The position numbers and the translations under genes are program-made. A stretch of 64,000 bases of DNA, taken from positions 1,054,001 through 1,118,000 of the forward strand of contig NW_027191410.1 of assembly GCF_041146345.1 (NCBI RefSeq), in the 5' to 3' direction. The notes under the pieces are model-generated. The model was not told the DNA's origin and ran no database searches. It worked only from the letters and a program-made list of their open reading frames with translations. Shown one piece after another: positions 11,756 through 22,827 of the stretch (position 1 is the first letter of the stretch; each line of letters starts with the position of its first letter). The DNA is from Neodothiora populina (Eukaryota).

Positions 11756-13189
11756 ATGCCAACGAGAAACCAGTTCTTTCAGAAATTCGAGTATGAGGTG
11801 CAGGACGAGCTCGGTGTTGATGGCACACCAGCGACATGGGCGCAAGGAGGCAGCAAGTCAGCTCAGCGTTACTGGGGCGATGAGGACTTCAAGATTGACG
11901 TGCCTCGTTCTGGAGACCTCCCGGGCAGATCATCAGTCTCGACGATGGGCCTTGATCAAGAGTATATCGCTGTGGCCGGTGGTAATCTCATCACTATAAT
12001 TCATGTCCACTCCAAGGAAATTCGATCTCAAATTCGGGGACCTCTCGAAGACTGCCACAAGCTTGTATTCTTCCCTTCATCTAATGCAGCAGGCAATGAG
12101 TACACACTCATATCTGGGAGCTCAGAAGTTGGTGGTGGAGAAGGTATGATTGTCGTGTGGAAATTGGACCACTCAGGTCGGTTGAGCGATGGCGAATTTG
12201 GTCTTCCTATACCGTCGTCACAGCTTGCTACACGGTCTCTGGATGCCATCACACCTGAACTGGCCCAGAACCACGGCATCCCTCAGTCCTCACCTCTTCT
12301 AGCTGCATTATTGGCAGACTATACAAAGGCATTAGAAAAGCTCGATTCCGACTTACTTGTAAGTAGTCTCGATTCGTTTCGTGGCAAAATCTTCAGCTTC
12401 AATAGTCAGCCATCAAGCCCCGACGGCAAGACATTCCTGTATGGTATGCAGGACAAATCAACTCAACACGGAGCCAGACCGTCTGAGGATCTCCCTCGCA
12501 TCATCGTCCGCGATATGACTACTCGCAAACAGACACAAGCGCTTGTCGGACATGAAGACTCCATCATGTGGGTCGCATTCAGTCCAGATGGGAAGACGAT
12601 CGCTTCTGCTTGTTGGGACCAGACATTCAAGTTATGGGATGCCTCTACCGGTATTTGTGAACATACTATCGGGCCTATCGGAAGTCAGTGTTGGAGCGGA
12701 GCCTGGTCTTCAGACTCAAGACACGTCATATTGAGCGGGATGGGTCACAATGGACCTAGTGTCGCTGTATATTCTCGCGACACAGGAGAAGAGGACGTAC
12801 GCCTAGAGCACGAAGGTCTCAAGCGTTGGATTCGGGACATAGCTTGGTCTGCGAACGGAGATGTTGCTCTAGCTCATGAGACGGACGTCTTGATCTGGCA
12901 ACCATTTGGGGGTGGCATCGTTGCAACTTTTTCCTTGAAGAATGAGACGCCTCATGCGCGCATCTTCGCCGCTGTAAACCAGGTACATTGGCTGAATGAT
13001 CACCTCTTAGGGTTTGTTGTCGGTGATGGTACGGTCGAAATATGGGACAGCAGGGACAATTTGAAGTGGAGGCTTCAAAGATCGAAAGACGGTCCAAGAA
13101 GGTTCTGCACTGGACTACATTATGCTGAAGCAACGAATACCGTCATAAGCCTGGATAGAGATGACTGCTTACGATTTTATGACCTATAA
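11756..13189 (+). CDS. WD40-repeat (beta-propeller) protein of unknown function; likely start MPTRNQ at 11756 (the ORF is open from 11603)
   Basis: A clear repeat LVGHEDSIMWVAFSPDGKTIASACWDQTFKLWD, plus further WD-like blades (GAWSSDS, IAWSANG, DGTVEIWD). Confidence 0.8.
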   Translation: MPTRNQFFQKFEYEVQDELGVDGTPATWAQGGSKSAQRYWGDEDFKIDVPRSGDLPGRSSVSTMGLDQEYIAVAGGNLITIIHVHSKEIRSQIRGPLEDCHKLVFFPSSNAAGNEYTLISGSSEVGGGEGMIVVWKLDHSGRLSDGEFGLPIPSSQLATRSLDAITPELAQNHGIPQSSPLLAALLADYTKALEKLDSDLLVSSLDSFRGKIFSFNSQPSSPDGKTFLYGMQDKSTQHGARPSEDLPRIIVRDMTTRKQTQALVGHEDSIMWVAFSPDGKTIASACWDQTFKLWDASTGICEHTIGPIGSQCWSGAWSSDSRHVILSGMGHNGPSVAVYSRDTGEEDVRLEHEGLKRWIRDIAWSANGDVALAHETDVLIWQPFGGGIVATFSLKNETPHARIFAAVNQVHWLNDHLLGFVVGDGTVEIWDSRDNLKWRLQRSKDGPRRFCTGLHYAEATNTVISLDRDDCLRFYDL

Positions 13190-14817
13190 TGGTGTGGCCT
13201 GCACGAGGCATACGTACACCATAGAATCCATAACAATCCTGCTGTAATTGTCATGCCCAATCATGAAAGCGAGACAGTGCTATATCAAGTATGTTTTATA
13301 GCCATTCGGAAGCTGTGGATGCCATCTATCAGGGACAGGAATTGGATCCCAACCTACCTACCTACTTGTAGCATGCGTCGTCCCCGCTGCCCTTTCAAGG
13401 TTATAAATGCGAAGGACTTACAGTACCTACCCTAAGATCTTCAATCGAGCACCTGCACTCTTGGCATTCCTCGCCTGGTTTCCACTAAACAATATCTACA
13501 CCCACTTCAGTGGTAAGCGGCGATCATGATACTAAAACAGTGACCGGCCTATAACACAGATCACAAGACCGAAGGAGTAGCCTTGCGAGTCGAGACCAGA
13601 ACCTAAGTCTCACCAGTAATACGAGTGTTGGAGCTGAAGATATACAGTTTGCGAATGCGAATGCGATAGCAATAGCGATACCCAGGTAGGTACCTAGCCA
13701 TGGCTGTACTGTGAGCGGGCGCGCCTGTCTCCGCATCTTACATTCCTTCAACCCTCATGTGGATAGTTGGGTATCGGGCGCGGTACCATCTTGCCCGCAC
13801 GCACGCACGATTGCCACCCCGGGTAGCTGGACCAAAAAGAGCAACTTTGTTCCTGGCCTTGTTCAGATCAGCCCCCCAATTCTACCTTAGCTACCGCGAG
13901 TGCCGGAGGTACTACCGAATTTACACCAGCAAGGTCCCACGATCAGCAACCCACAGACATGGTCTTGGGAGCCCTTTAGTAGCCGCTGGGCGGAAGTGAG
14001 ACAGAAAGGTGATGTAAGCAAAGCGAGACAAGGTGTGAGGTTCCTGAGAGTATGGTAAACGTCCCCGAGGATAAGGTAGAGTATCGCTGGTCGACAAGGA
14101 CCCATGACGCCAGCCGCTGCACCCCGGAAAATCAAACAATCGATTTTTGTGTATAGTAATTGTCGCTGCAGCTCCTAGACTTGACTGTCTTTTATGTAAT
14201 CACATTCTTTGGTTCCTTCTCCCATCGTGGCTCATATCGCATAGCATTGTCTCGGGTGCGATTGCAGGATAGTGACCAGTTGGCAAATCCAGATTGAAGT
14301 TCCATCACTACCACATATCTTACAGATATACTACACAGCTTGGCGGTCTACATAGCAACAATGGAGTTCATACTCGGCCAAGACCTAGGTTTACCAATGA
14401 GAAACGTTCGAGCAATAGGTACCGTGACGGGCGTAGGCCATGGCATCTCACATCAGCAAAAAGCAACCGACGAAGCCAAGAACGCTAACCCGGAGGCCCA
14501 ACTAATGTAATTCCATGTTAATAGTGCTGTAAACTAGTTTTATCTAAGGCTGTCTATAAATGAGCGGAGTGATGAAAATGTGAATGCGAATGCAAATGCA
14601 ACGAGGACCCGCCCACTGCCTGCGCCATAAAGATGCAGCTGTAGAAGGGATACCAAAGACGCCGCATGAAATGCAAATGGGAATCAGTTTTTCGTGAAGG
14701 TCGTTCATGGGATAGCGACAGTCCAGGCCTGCTGGGGCTTTGTTATGTGGTGGTCCAGAGGGTAGTAAAGACAATGGGCTGACCGGGTTCCTGCGGTAGA
14801 TGTTTGGGTCTATTGAG

Positions 14818-14859
14818 TGTGATGATGATGATGATGATGATGCTGCTGCTGCTGCTGCT
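14818..14859. repeat. Compound microsatellite (TGA)n(TGC)n
   Basis: Read directly: gtgatgatgatg...tgctgctgct. Confidence 0.9.
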
Positions 14860-15041
14860 TGATTCGGAAACCACATGTCTCACTGATCGAACACTGAATT
14901 CGTCTTGTCGATGTAACTACGAGTAAAGCCGTCGAATTTAGCTTCGGTCGTTCATGGAGGGCGTAGATCTCCTCGATATCGACATAGACAAGACAGCAGG
15001 CGCCAGAGGGAGTAATTCATGGAACCCTCCGGTCATGTTTT

Positions 15042-15281
15042 TCAGAGGCCGAAGTAGGTCTCTCGGGTAGTGCTCAAGCCCGGTTTATACAGTAGAGGTC
15101 TGTTCGTAGCGTTTGGTGGATTGCTTCGTCTGCTTGAATGTCTGGGACAGTTCTGACCCACGAGAACGACTTTCTCTTGGACTCGGTGCCCGCTCACTCC
15201 ATGTGAGGCACATGGCTGTACATGGTGTGTGTAGTAGTCGCAGCCACATGCAGCGTAGCGTTCGACAATCTTGATGCACAT
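15042..15281 (-). CDS. Small Cys/His-rich protein (79 aa), probably metal-binding, function unknown
   Basis: MCIKIVERYAACGCDYYTHHVQPCASHGVSGHRVQEKVVLVGQNCPRHS... matches a pattern I recall from small Pezizomycotina hypothetical proteins (MC...ERY..C.C.YY.H....C......H.VQE..VLVG..C..H). The start context is good (CCCACAATG). Confidence 0.7.
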   Translation of the reverse strand: MCIKIVERYAACGCDYYTHHVQPCASHGVSGHRVQEKVVLVGQNCPRHSSRRSNPPNATNRPLLYKPGLSTTRETYFGL

Positions 15282-17233
15282 TGTGGGCAATTTCAGATGG
15301 ACTTTTTCCTTTTTAGAGGGAAGTGATAAGGATGAGGATGATGGATATGCTGGATATGAATAAGAGACGCTGTACGCTGCAAGAAAAAAGCAATGGCAGG
15401 ATAGTGAGATGTAAGATAAATGCACAGCAGTGGGGAGTTATGGGTCTATATAACAACTCGAACACGATGAAGGAATGCCGCAAAGTAGTGCCTAACCAAG
15501 GTGGATGCGAATACGAGGGAAAGATGAGGTGGCAACAATCTATACAGTTCCCATGTATAAATGCATACCATGAGCTGTATTTGCAATTCACCTGTTCCTA
15601 GAAGCGGATAATGGCCAAGTAGACAAGTCGCGGCGTAGGCAACTATCGCAGTCAAGTGTTCTTCTGGTGGTCTCAATAGGCTGGCTCGCACAAGCTTAAG
15701 TCAATCCATCATCGCGTGAGCATAGTCCTGCGACCGAACCGCCTGCTTGTACTTTAGAGAAACCTAATGAGCTGAGTAATGCCAACACTGACGCTTGACC
15801 ATGATTATCAACGAAGAGGGAAGGAACACCTGTTCTGCTATGGTCATGATGTTGCTTAGGCCTATCTTGAGTCATCGCTGCATCGCCATAGTAGATGGTA
15901 CGGATTATCTCCCAGGATGCGTAAGCGAGGAGGTATGCTCCATAGTAGCTCTCGCGGGATCAGAGCACACAGGTACCGCGAAAGAGGCTCCCACGGTACG
16001 CAATAGGTCCGCGCCGCGAATTAGTTTCGAGCTACGGAGCATGTGTATCGACGGGCCCAGAGGCCTCCGGTCAGTCCTTTCAGGTCCGCTGATTGCTGAG
16101 CCGCGAGGAATAGCGGCATCCCTGGTCAATGACAGGATGATCTACACCTACCGTGTTGGGTCCTAGATTTAATGAGCCAGTAAATATAAGGCCGCTGCAG
16201 CCCTAGCTAGGTGCGTGAATTGGGCCACCCAGGGAATTCGAAGCGAGCAATCTCGGTACAGTGATCATAAGTGCACGCATGTTACTGTATGGTCTACAGT
16301 ACAGTATATTTTAGGTACTTGCCTTGTACAGTACAGTATACTCCACCATTCGGCTGCCTATTTCTGGTGGCATACCTGTAATCTATCCGCAATCAAGACC
16401 ACGTGCTCATCCCGTGTATGGTGACGTAGCTTTTCAGAACCTTCGGTACCCCCATCTGGACATACTTGTCGCACCCTTCGAGCCAGAGCAAGTTCGATGA
16501 GATGTGTGAAGTCATGTGCAGGGCGAGGATCTTCGAATTGTCAGCGAGGGTTTCGCGAATTGTCAGCAAAATGCAACAAGTACAGTGGATCTAGAACCGC
16601 AACGATTGCGATTGATCTTCCAGTAAATCATGGTCCGCAACGGAGAAACTACTGTGCGACAAAGCTTGTACCAAGACGCAGCTCACGCCAATAGAAGCAT
16701 TTACTGATTGACAATTTGTTGCCATATTCGAACAAGTGCAGCATCATCGTGATCGGTGAATATATTAATTATATTACTCCTTGGTCGAAACTCATCAGCT
16801 GAGGTCGCAGCTCGAACTTCCTCACTACAGCACAACGCGCCCAAATCAAGCTGTCTGAGGATGCTTTTACGTTATGGAAAATTCATGTATTCATTCTACC
16901 GAATGTCAGGTAATAGCAGTCGCGAGGGCTAACGGGTATCGCCTAGATAGAAACTGACATCTTGTTGCTCAGTTTATACTTAGAATAAGTGAGATGAGGT
17001 CTGCGCCTCGTGCAGTGACAAGCACATGCATGTAGTACTAATATTGATGACATCTATGCGCATCCAGCTCCGTTGGCTACGTGCGCAACATCCTGAACGC
17101 GGCCAGCGGCCATACAGAACTCGTCGCACATAAGAGTTCCGCTATATCCAGTACCGAGATGGAGCATGAGTGTTGCCGGCTTAGGTACAGTCGCACTCTT
17201 GACCCACACACACACACCCTCCCTCTGTCTCGC

Positions 17234-19997
17234 TCAAGTGCCCGGGTTTCGTATGAACCAGTCGGCGTTCGCATCATACATAAAGTTTGTTATGTTGAAT
17301 TCGCTATTGCTAGCCACATCGGCTGCTTGGTATTCTGCTGATCCCGAGTGTGTCGAGTCCTCGGTGGGCAATGGAAGCCTAGGCATGTTGAAGAAATCAA
17401 ACACATCAAGATATTCTAATTCGTTCTGTGCAGGGGATCTTGTTCTTGCAGGGATAGCACTATTGGCCTTGGCCATGCCATACTGTTGTTTCGGCTGCCG
17501 AGATATCAAGAAGTCAAGGTCGTAAGCGCATCGTCGCATGTCTGCGAGAATGCGGACCGTGGAGGGTGTTATTCGCTCTCCATTGGCACCGACAGGCGCA
17601 CGTGCTGAATCGTTATACTCGTCAAGGACACGTTGCAGAAGTGTAGCGTAACGCTCAGAGACTTTCCAGTGTCTTCCCATCTCCCGGAGAGTCTCTACAA
17701 GAGGATATATGGCTGGATTGACCTGGCGGTCGATAGTGGAACCTTGCACAAGTAGGAGTCGAGCTGCCACCCATAGCGAAAATGCAAAGTGCGGCCCAAA
17801 ACTGGTGAGCATATTGTTGTGTCTGACATATGTGCAGAGCGAGGAGATATCTTCCACGGCAGTGTGGCATCTTTGGCTAGCACTGAAAGAGGGTGTGAAT
17901 ATTGGCGATCTTGTCGTTGGGTAAGCTGCAGATGAGTGTAGCCGGATTACAGCCCTGAAAACATTAGCGACATGCCAGATTTTATTTTTAGAGCAACTAA
18001 CGTGTGATATGTGGTGTGCAACATGATCCACACGCAATTGACAATCTTGTTGGTTCCATTCGGGTTGAACACCCGAGCCATGTTACCATACTCGGACGGC
18101 AAACTGAACTTCCAGCTATTCAGTTTACTGTCAAGTTCACGGTATTCTCGCTGCCATTTCTCCACATCAGATAGCGCGCCAATATCCACTGGCTTTTTCA
18201 GAAAACGATGGATTCTGGATAGTATCTCCACTATCTCAATGTAGTAGCTGAATGAACCAAGATTCTCGGGTGTGTTCATCGAATTGTCAGTCCTAGCACT
18301 GGTAGGGAACCACCGTGTCTCAACAGGTTGATTGCGAGAAAAGAGATCATCTCGGCAAGGCAGTTTTCGATCAATTTCCTTGTCATCAAGAGCAAATTCA
18401 AAAGCTGTGGCGATAGTGGCATATCTGTCCAAGAGATACACCATCCAAAAAAGCCGCCGACGGCTCTCGTCTTCTATCCAATCTTTGGGGTCTGGTAGAA
18501 CCATGGCACGGAGCGTGTAGATCGAGGGGTACAACGGAGATACTGATACTGAAGTGGTCTCCACTGCTAATCCCAATTGCACCACACTACGTGCGATCAG
18601 AGCTAAGAGATTCCATCCTGGCGGGCCGTTTGAACAGCCGACAATGTCGAGTGCTAGAATGACCAGAGCTTGCAACGCTTTAACTGAGCTGTTCTCCAGA
18701 CCGTACAGTAGTACTTTTTGTTTCGAGCCAGCATGATATTTCTCCCTCGAAGTTTCAGTTAGTCGCATATCGTTGGAGAACCGCAAAGTCGTCGCAACGA
18801 TCGCGTGAAGAAGGATCCGATCGGCCTCGTCCAGGCTTGACGACCCAAAAAGAGAGTCAAGTGTGCTACGACGGTGTAATATCGGGGCCCAGGTGTTGAT
18901 GTGCTTGAAGAAAAGATCCACTAAAGCATACAATAGATCATATGGCGGGAGATCTGCATCCTGCTGTGCAGTCATGTGCGTAGATTCGGCCACGCCAGCT
19001 TGCATTGAGCCTGGGATATTGAGACTGGGTGACTCGAGTGGAGGATTAGTTGGTGCGTAGGTTGAGTCTGTAGCTGATGTAGTTTGTCGAAAAGAAGGCT
19101 GTGGTTGATTTTGAAAATGTCCGACTGGTACCTGCGATAGAGTAGGCTGCAGAGCAGCTTGATGGAATCCATTGCCAGTAGTGTTGAGCCCATCAACCGG
19201 CGATGTCGCATTTGAGTAAGACGGTCGTTGCATGTAGAGTGCCGTCTCATTTCTTGTGCCGAGGTCTGTGGAATGAGTCGTTGAATGCACAGAAGGAGAA
19301 GGCTGCTGCTGCTGTGGCTGCTGGTTCAGCAGTCCTGGTAGTGCGCTGGCAACTTGTTGGAGCATTTGTTGCTGAGCTTCGAGTACACCCTCGAGTTTCT
19401 CTAGGTTGTTTAAGTGATCTAGTTAGATGAACAAAGTCTCGTGACATACCAAGTCTAGCTTCCAGTTCTCGGCCATATCCTGCAGGCCCTCATTAGATCC
19501 CCTCTACCATCATCATGTACAGTATCAATAACAGACCTGCTCGAAGGCCTGGCTTTTTGCGCTCCTTGTATTCACAAATTTGCTCATTACGAACACACCT
19601 ATACAACATTAGGAGATATCACACAAGTGAAAGACGAAAGCGAAGACTTACCAACCACATGATGGCTTGCCACGGTCGCAGCGGACTTTTCGTGTCTTGC
19701 AAAGCTCACACGAAACACCTTCAGAATGGTCAGACATTCACATGGTCCTCAGATCCACAAGGTAGTGACGAGAACAAGTTGTACAATGCTCCAGAGACTG
19801 TTGGATTACACACTTAGTGGGCGAACTCGCTTTCTCTTAGGACCTTCTTCGTCCCCATCTTCCTCACTCCATATCTCATCATTCTGGTCCACGGCCTCCT
19901 CAACAGCGCTATTACTTGGATCCTGAGCACGCGTATTGGATGACTGGACTGATTCCGAGGCTTTGTCCTCGTTATTCGGGCTAAGTTTTGATGCCAT
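17234..19997 (-). CDS. rhaR: Zn(II)2Cys6 transcription factor with a fungal-specific middle homology region; L-rhamnose regulator RhaR-like; about 5 introns
   Basis: Spliced micro-exons give KRKRVRPLSVSCELCKTRKVRCDRGKPSCGWCVRNEQICEYKERKKPGLRAGYGRELEARL. The fungal_trans motif ESRRRLFWMVYLLDRY is present. The gene is divergent from L-rhamnonate dehydratase, as rhaR/lraC are in Aspergillus. Confidence 0.82.
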
Positions 19998-20378
19998 ATC
20001 CGCAGTCTGGGGATGGTTGATGAGCAATTTCGGTGTAATTAGAACCGAAACACGAGGGAGAATTTGAGATGCAATCGACGACGACTAACCCCGCAATTGG
20101 TTGTGGGCCAGTGCATTGGGGAAAATATGGGGATGTAAGGGCGGGCGGATACAAGCTTCTGTTGCACCGCGGGGTATCATTATGGAAACAACCGACTGGC
20201 CGCTACATTGTACTACCGATGGTTCGAAAATTGACTTGTGTTTAGTTGAATCTTGGGAGAACCTATAGATAGACTTATATAGCTGTCCGTTCATGTCTTC
20301 GCCCACTCAGTCTTTGTGTACATCACGTCGTCAGTATTCCCTTCAGACTCGTCAGTTCCTAGAGTCACGGTCACGATC
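19998..20378. promoter_or_regulatory. Shared divergent rhaR/lraC promoter with three CreA/Cre1 consensus sites (SYGGRG)
   Basis: CTGGGG at 20007-20012, CCCCGC at 20089-20094 and GCGGGG at 20169-20174 lie within 381 bp between the two start codons. Function is inferred. Confidence 0.55.
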
Positions 20379-21740
20379 ATGGCTTCCAATAGCGTCAGAT
20401 CGTTCCCTGCGATCAAAGCGATCAAAACTTTCGTTATTCAAGGAGTAGGATCTGGTGGTGATTATCACAATGTCAGAGGCGGTCACTGGTTGATCGATTC
20501 CAAAATCGCAACGCCAATGTCAGGCTACGAGGACTATCGAAAGTCGCGGACGAGTTTTGGCATAAATGTATTAGGGTCATTTTGTGTCGAGATCGAGGCC
20601 ACAGACAGTACCAAGGGCTTTGCCACAGGTTTTGGCGGACCCCCAGCGTGTTGGTTGACACAAGAGCACTTTACACGATTCTTGATCGGTTCTGGCGAGT
20701 ACATTTCTTAACCTACGAAGAAGGTGTATAGCAATCTAACAGGCGTAGATCCTCGTGATACGAACAACCTTTTCGAGCAGATGTACCGTGCATCAATGTT
20801 TTACGGAAGGAAAGGACTTCCTCTGGCAGTGATCTCTGTCATCGATCTCGCGATCTGGGATCTTCTGGGCAAGATAAGGAACGAGCCAGTGTACAAGATG
20901 ATAGGTGGAGCTACTCGCGAGAGACTGAACTTTTACTGCACTGGGCCTGCGCCTTCGGCCGCGAAAGAGATGGGCTTCTTCGGCGGAAAAGTAGCACTTC
21001 CTTACAGTGCTGCTGAAGGCTTCGAGGGCTTGAGGAAGAACATTGAGTATCTGACAGAGATGCGCGAGAGCGTTGGACCTGACTTCCCATTGATGGTTGA
21101 CTGTTGGATGAGCTTGAACGTCACCTATACTATTGAGCTTGTCGAGAAGTGCAAGCACTTGAACATCAATTGGTGGGAAGAGTGTCTCACTCCGGATGAC
21201 TTCGACGGCCATGCGCTCCTCAAGCGTGCTCACCCAACCATCAAATTCACTACAGGCGAGCACGAATACTCTCGATATGGGTTCCGCAAGCTTATCGAAG
21301 GCCGAAACCTTGACATACTTCAGCCAGACGTGATGTGGCTTGGTGGCCTGACAGAGTTGTTGAAGGTGACAGCAATGGCCGCGGCCTACGACATTCCAGT
21401 CGTGCCTCATGCTAGTGGCCCTTATAGCTATCACTTTGTGGTCTCACAGGCAAATTCGCCCTTCCAGGAGTACTTGGCCAATTCTCCTGACGGCAAGTCA
21501 GTCTTGCCTGTATTCGGTAAACTTTTCACCAACGAACCCATTCCTATGAAAGGTTATCTTGATGTCTCGATCCTCGACAAACCTGGGTTCGGATTAGAGA
21601 TCAACCCCGCAGCTCCGCTTATTGATGCAACCCGAATTTTAAACCCGGCACCGGCACCAACCCTGTCCGATCCCACCATTCCCAACGGTGATCAAAAAGG
21701 CACTGCTGCGCTGACGGGAAATGATGGTACCACGAAATGA
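20379..21740 (+). CDS. lraC: L-rhamnonate dehydratase (enolase/mandelate racemase superfamily); GC-AG intron 20695-20748
   Basis: Motifs GSGGDYH, HWLIDSKIATPMS, RTSFGINVLG, FYGRKG, IDLAIWDLLGK, LMVDCWMSL, WWEECL, TTGEHEY, LQPDVMWLGG and VPHASGPYSYH. Joining IGS|DPRD requires the GCGAGT donor. Confidence 0.93.
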
Positions 21741-22139
21741 GCCAATAGTCGTGTCGTAGCTATACAGACGCATAATCATGGGCTAGTATAGATAATAGCT
21801 TATGCTTATGAATATGAAAGAAAAGTCATAAACATGTTGAAGAGGAAATTTCGGCCGTGGTCCTAGCTTGTAGGACTTGGTACCGCTTTCTCCGAAAAGG
21901 AAGATCAGTTGGTAACATCTCTCAGTATTATGACGTGACGACTCGTGACGGCTTGCTTGACTGTTAATTGAGATTAGTTCTATCCTTGGGGTGTAACAAA
22001 CATGGAGAGCTTGATAGGTATTCAATAAACATAGATGTGGTAGGCGAAACCTATGCTTAGTCGTGAGGTCAAAGCAATATATACTAGTCTAGGTCAACTT
22101 TTCCCAGCTCTAGCCACTATCTCAGACAATGCCTGAACA

Positions 22140-22238
22140 GCTTCGATAGTATAACGGTTAGTACGGAGGTCTCATAGTGTTATGACTTGGCACAGTCCAG
22201 GATATCCTTAGATCTGAGTTCGATTCTCAGTCGAAGCA
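22140..22238 (+). tRNA. Elongator tRNA-Met(CAT) with a 27-nt intron (22177-22203)
   Basis: Acceptor stem GCTTCGA/TCGAAGC plus discriminator A; D arm GTAT..GTAC; anticodon arm GAGGT-CT-CAT-A|A-TCCTT with the U31-U39 pair typical of eukaryotic elongator Met; T arm CTGAG-TTCGATT-CTCAG. A T-run Pol III terminator follows. Confidence 0.93.
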
Positions 22239-22827
22239 TTTACTTTTTGTGGTTGTTTGACCTCTGAATTTTTGTCAACCGCGATACCCCTAGCCTATAG
22301 CGCAATGCTTTGCACAATGGTGTCGGCACATTTATTTGCGATTGTCGATTATCTTGTTGCACCCTGAAGGTGATCCGCGAGAAGTCTTGTTTAGTTACAA
22401 GCCACCCAACGACCGCACTTCTTGCCACATGTAGTTATGATTGTGTTGACCTCTGAAGTCTTTGCAGAGTCACTCGTGTCGACATGCGATAGCTATAGAC
22501 TGTCTATTGAACTTGAATTCATGGCTGGGAGAAAGACGCCCCGGTATTCATGTCTTGGATCTCTTTGATCATGGATCAGGCATGGAAGCAGTAGGTCTCA
22601 AGGACACTTTCAGAGTGCTCCATTTCGTCTCTTTGTGAAAAAACATGAGACTGCAGCTGGTGTCTCACTTTCGATATGAGGGTGGCCGATACTGATATAT
22701 ACGTCGCGTTCGCGATGGGAGTACTTACGAGCTACATCACCTCGAGTCTGCACGACAGGGTCAAGCACTTCCAGGACGTGTCCATTGCGGTTAGAAGCAC
22801 TATTGATCGAATATCATATGACCCATT

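Noticed and set aside
14544..14876. ORF with poly-Ala/poly-Ser downstream of the microprotein
   Set aside because: It is explained by the (TGA)n(TGC)n microsatellite in a probable 3' UTR or spacer.
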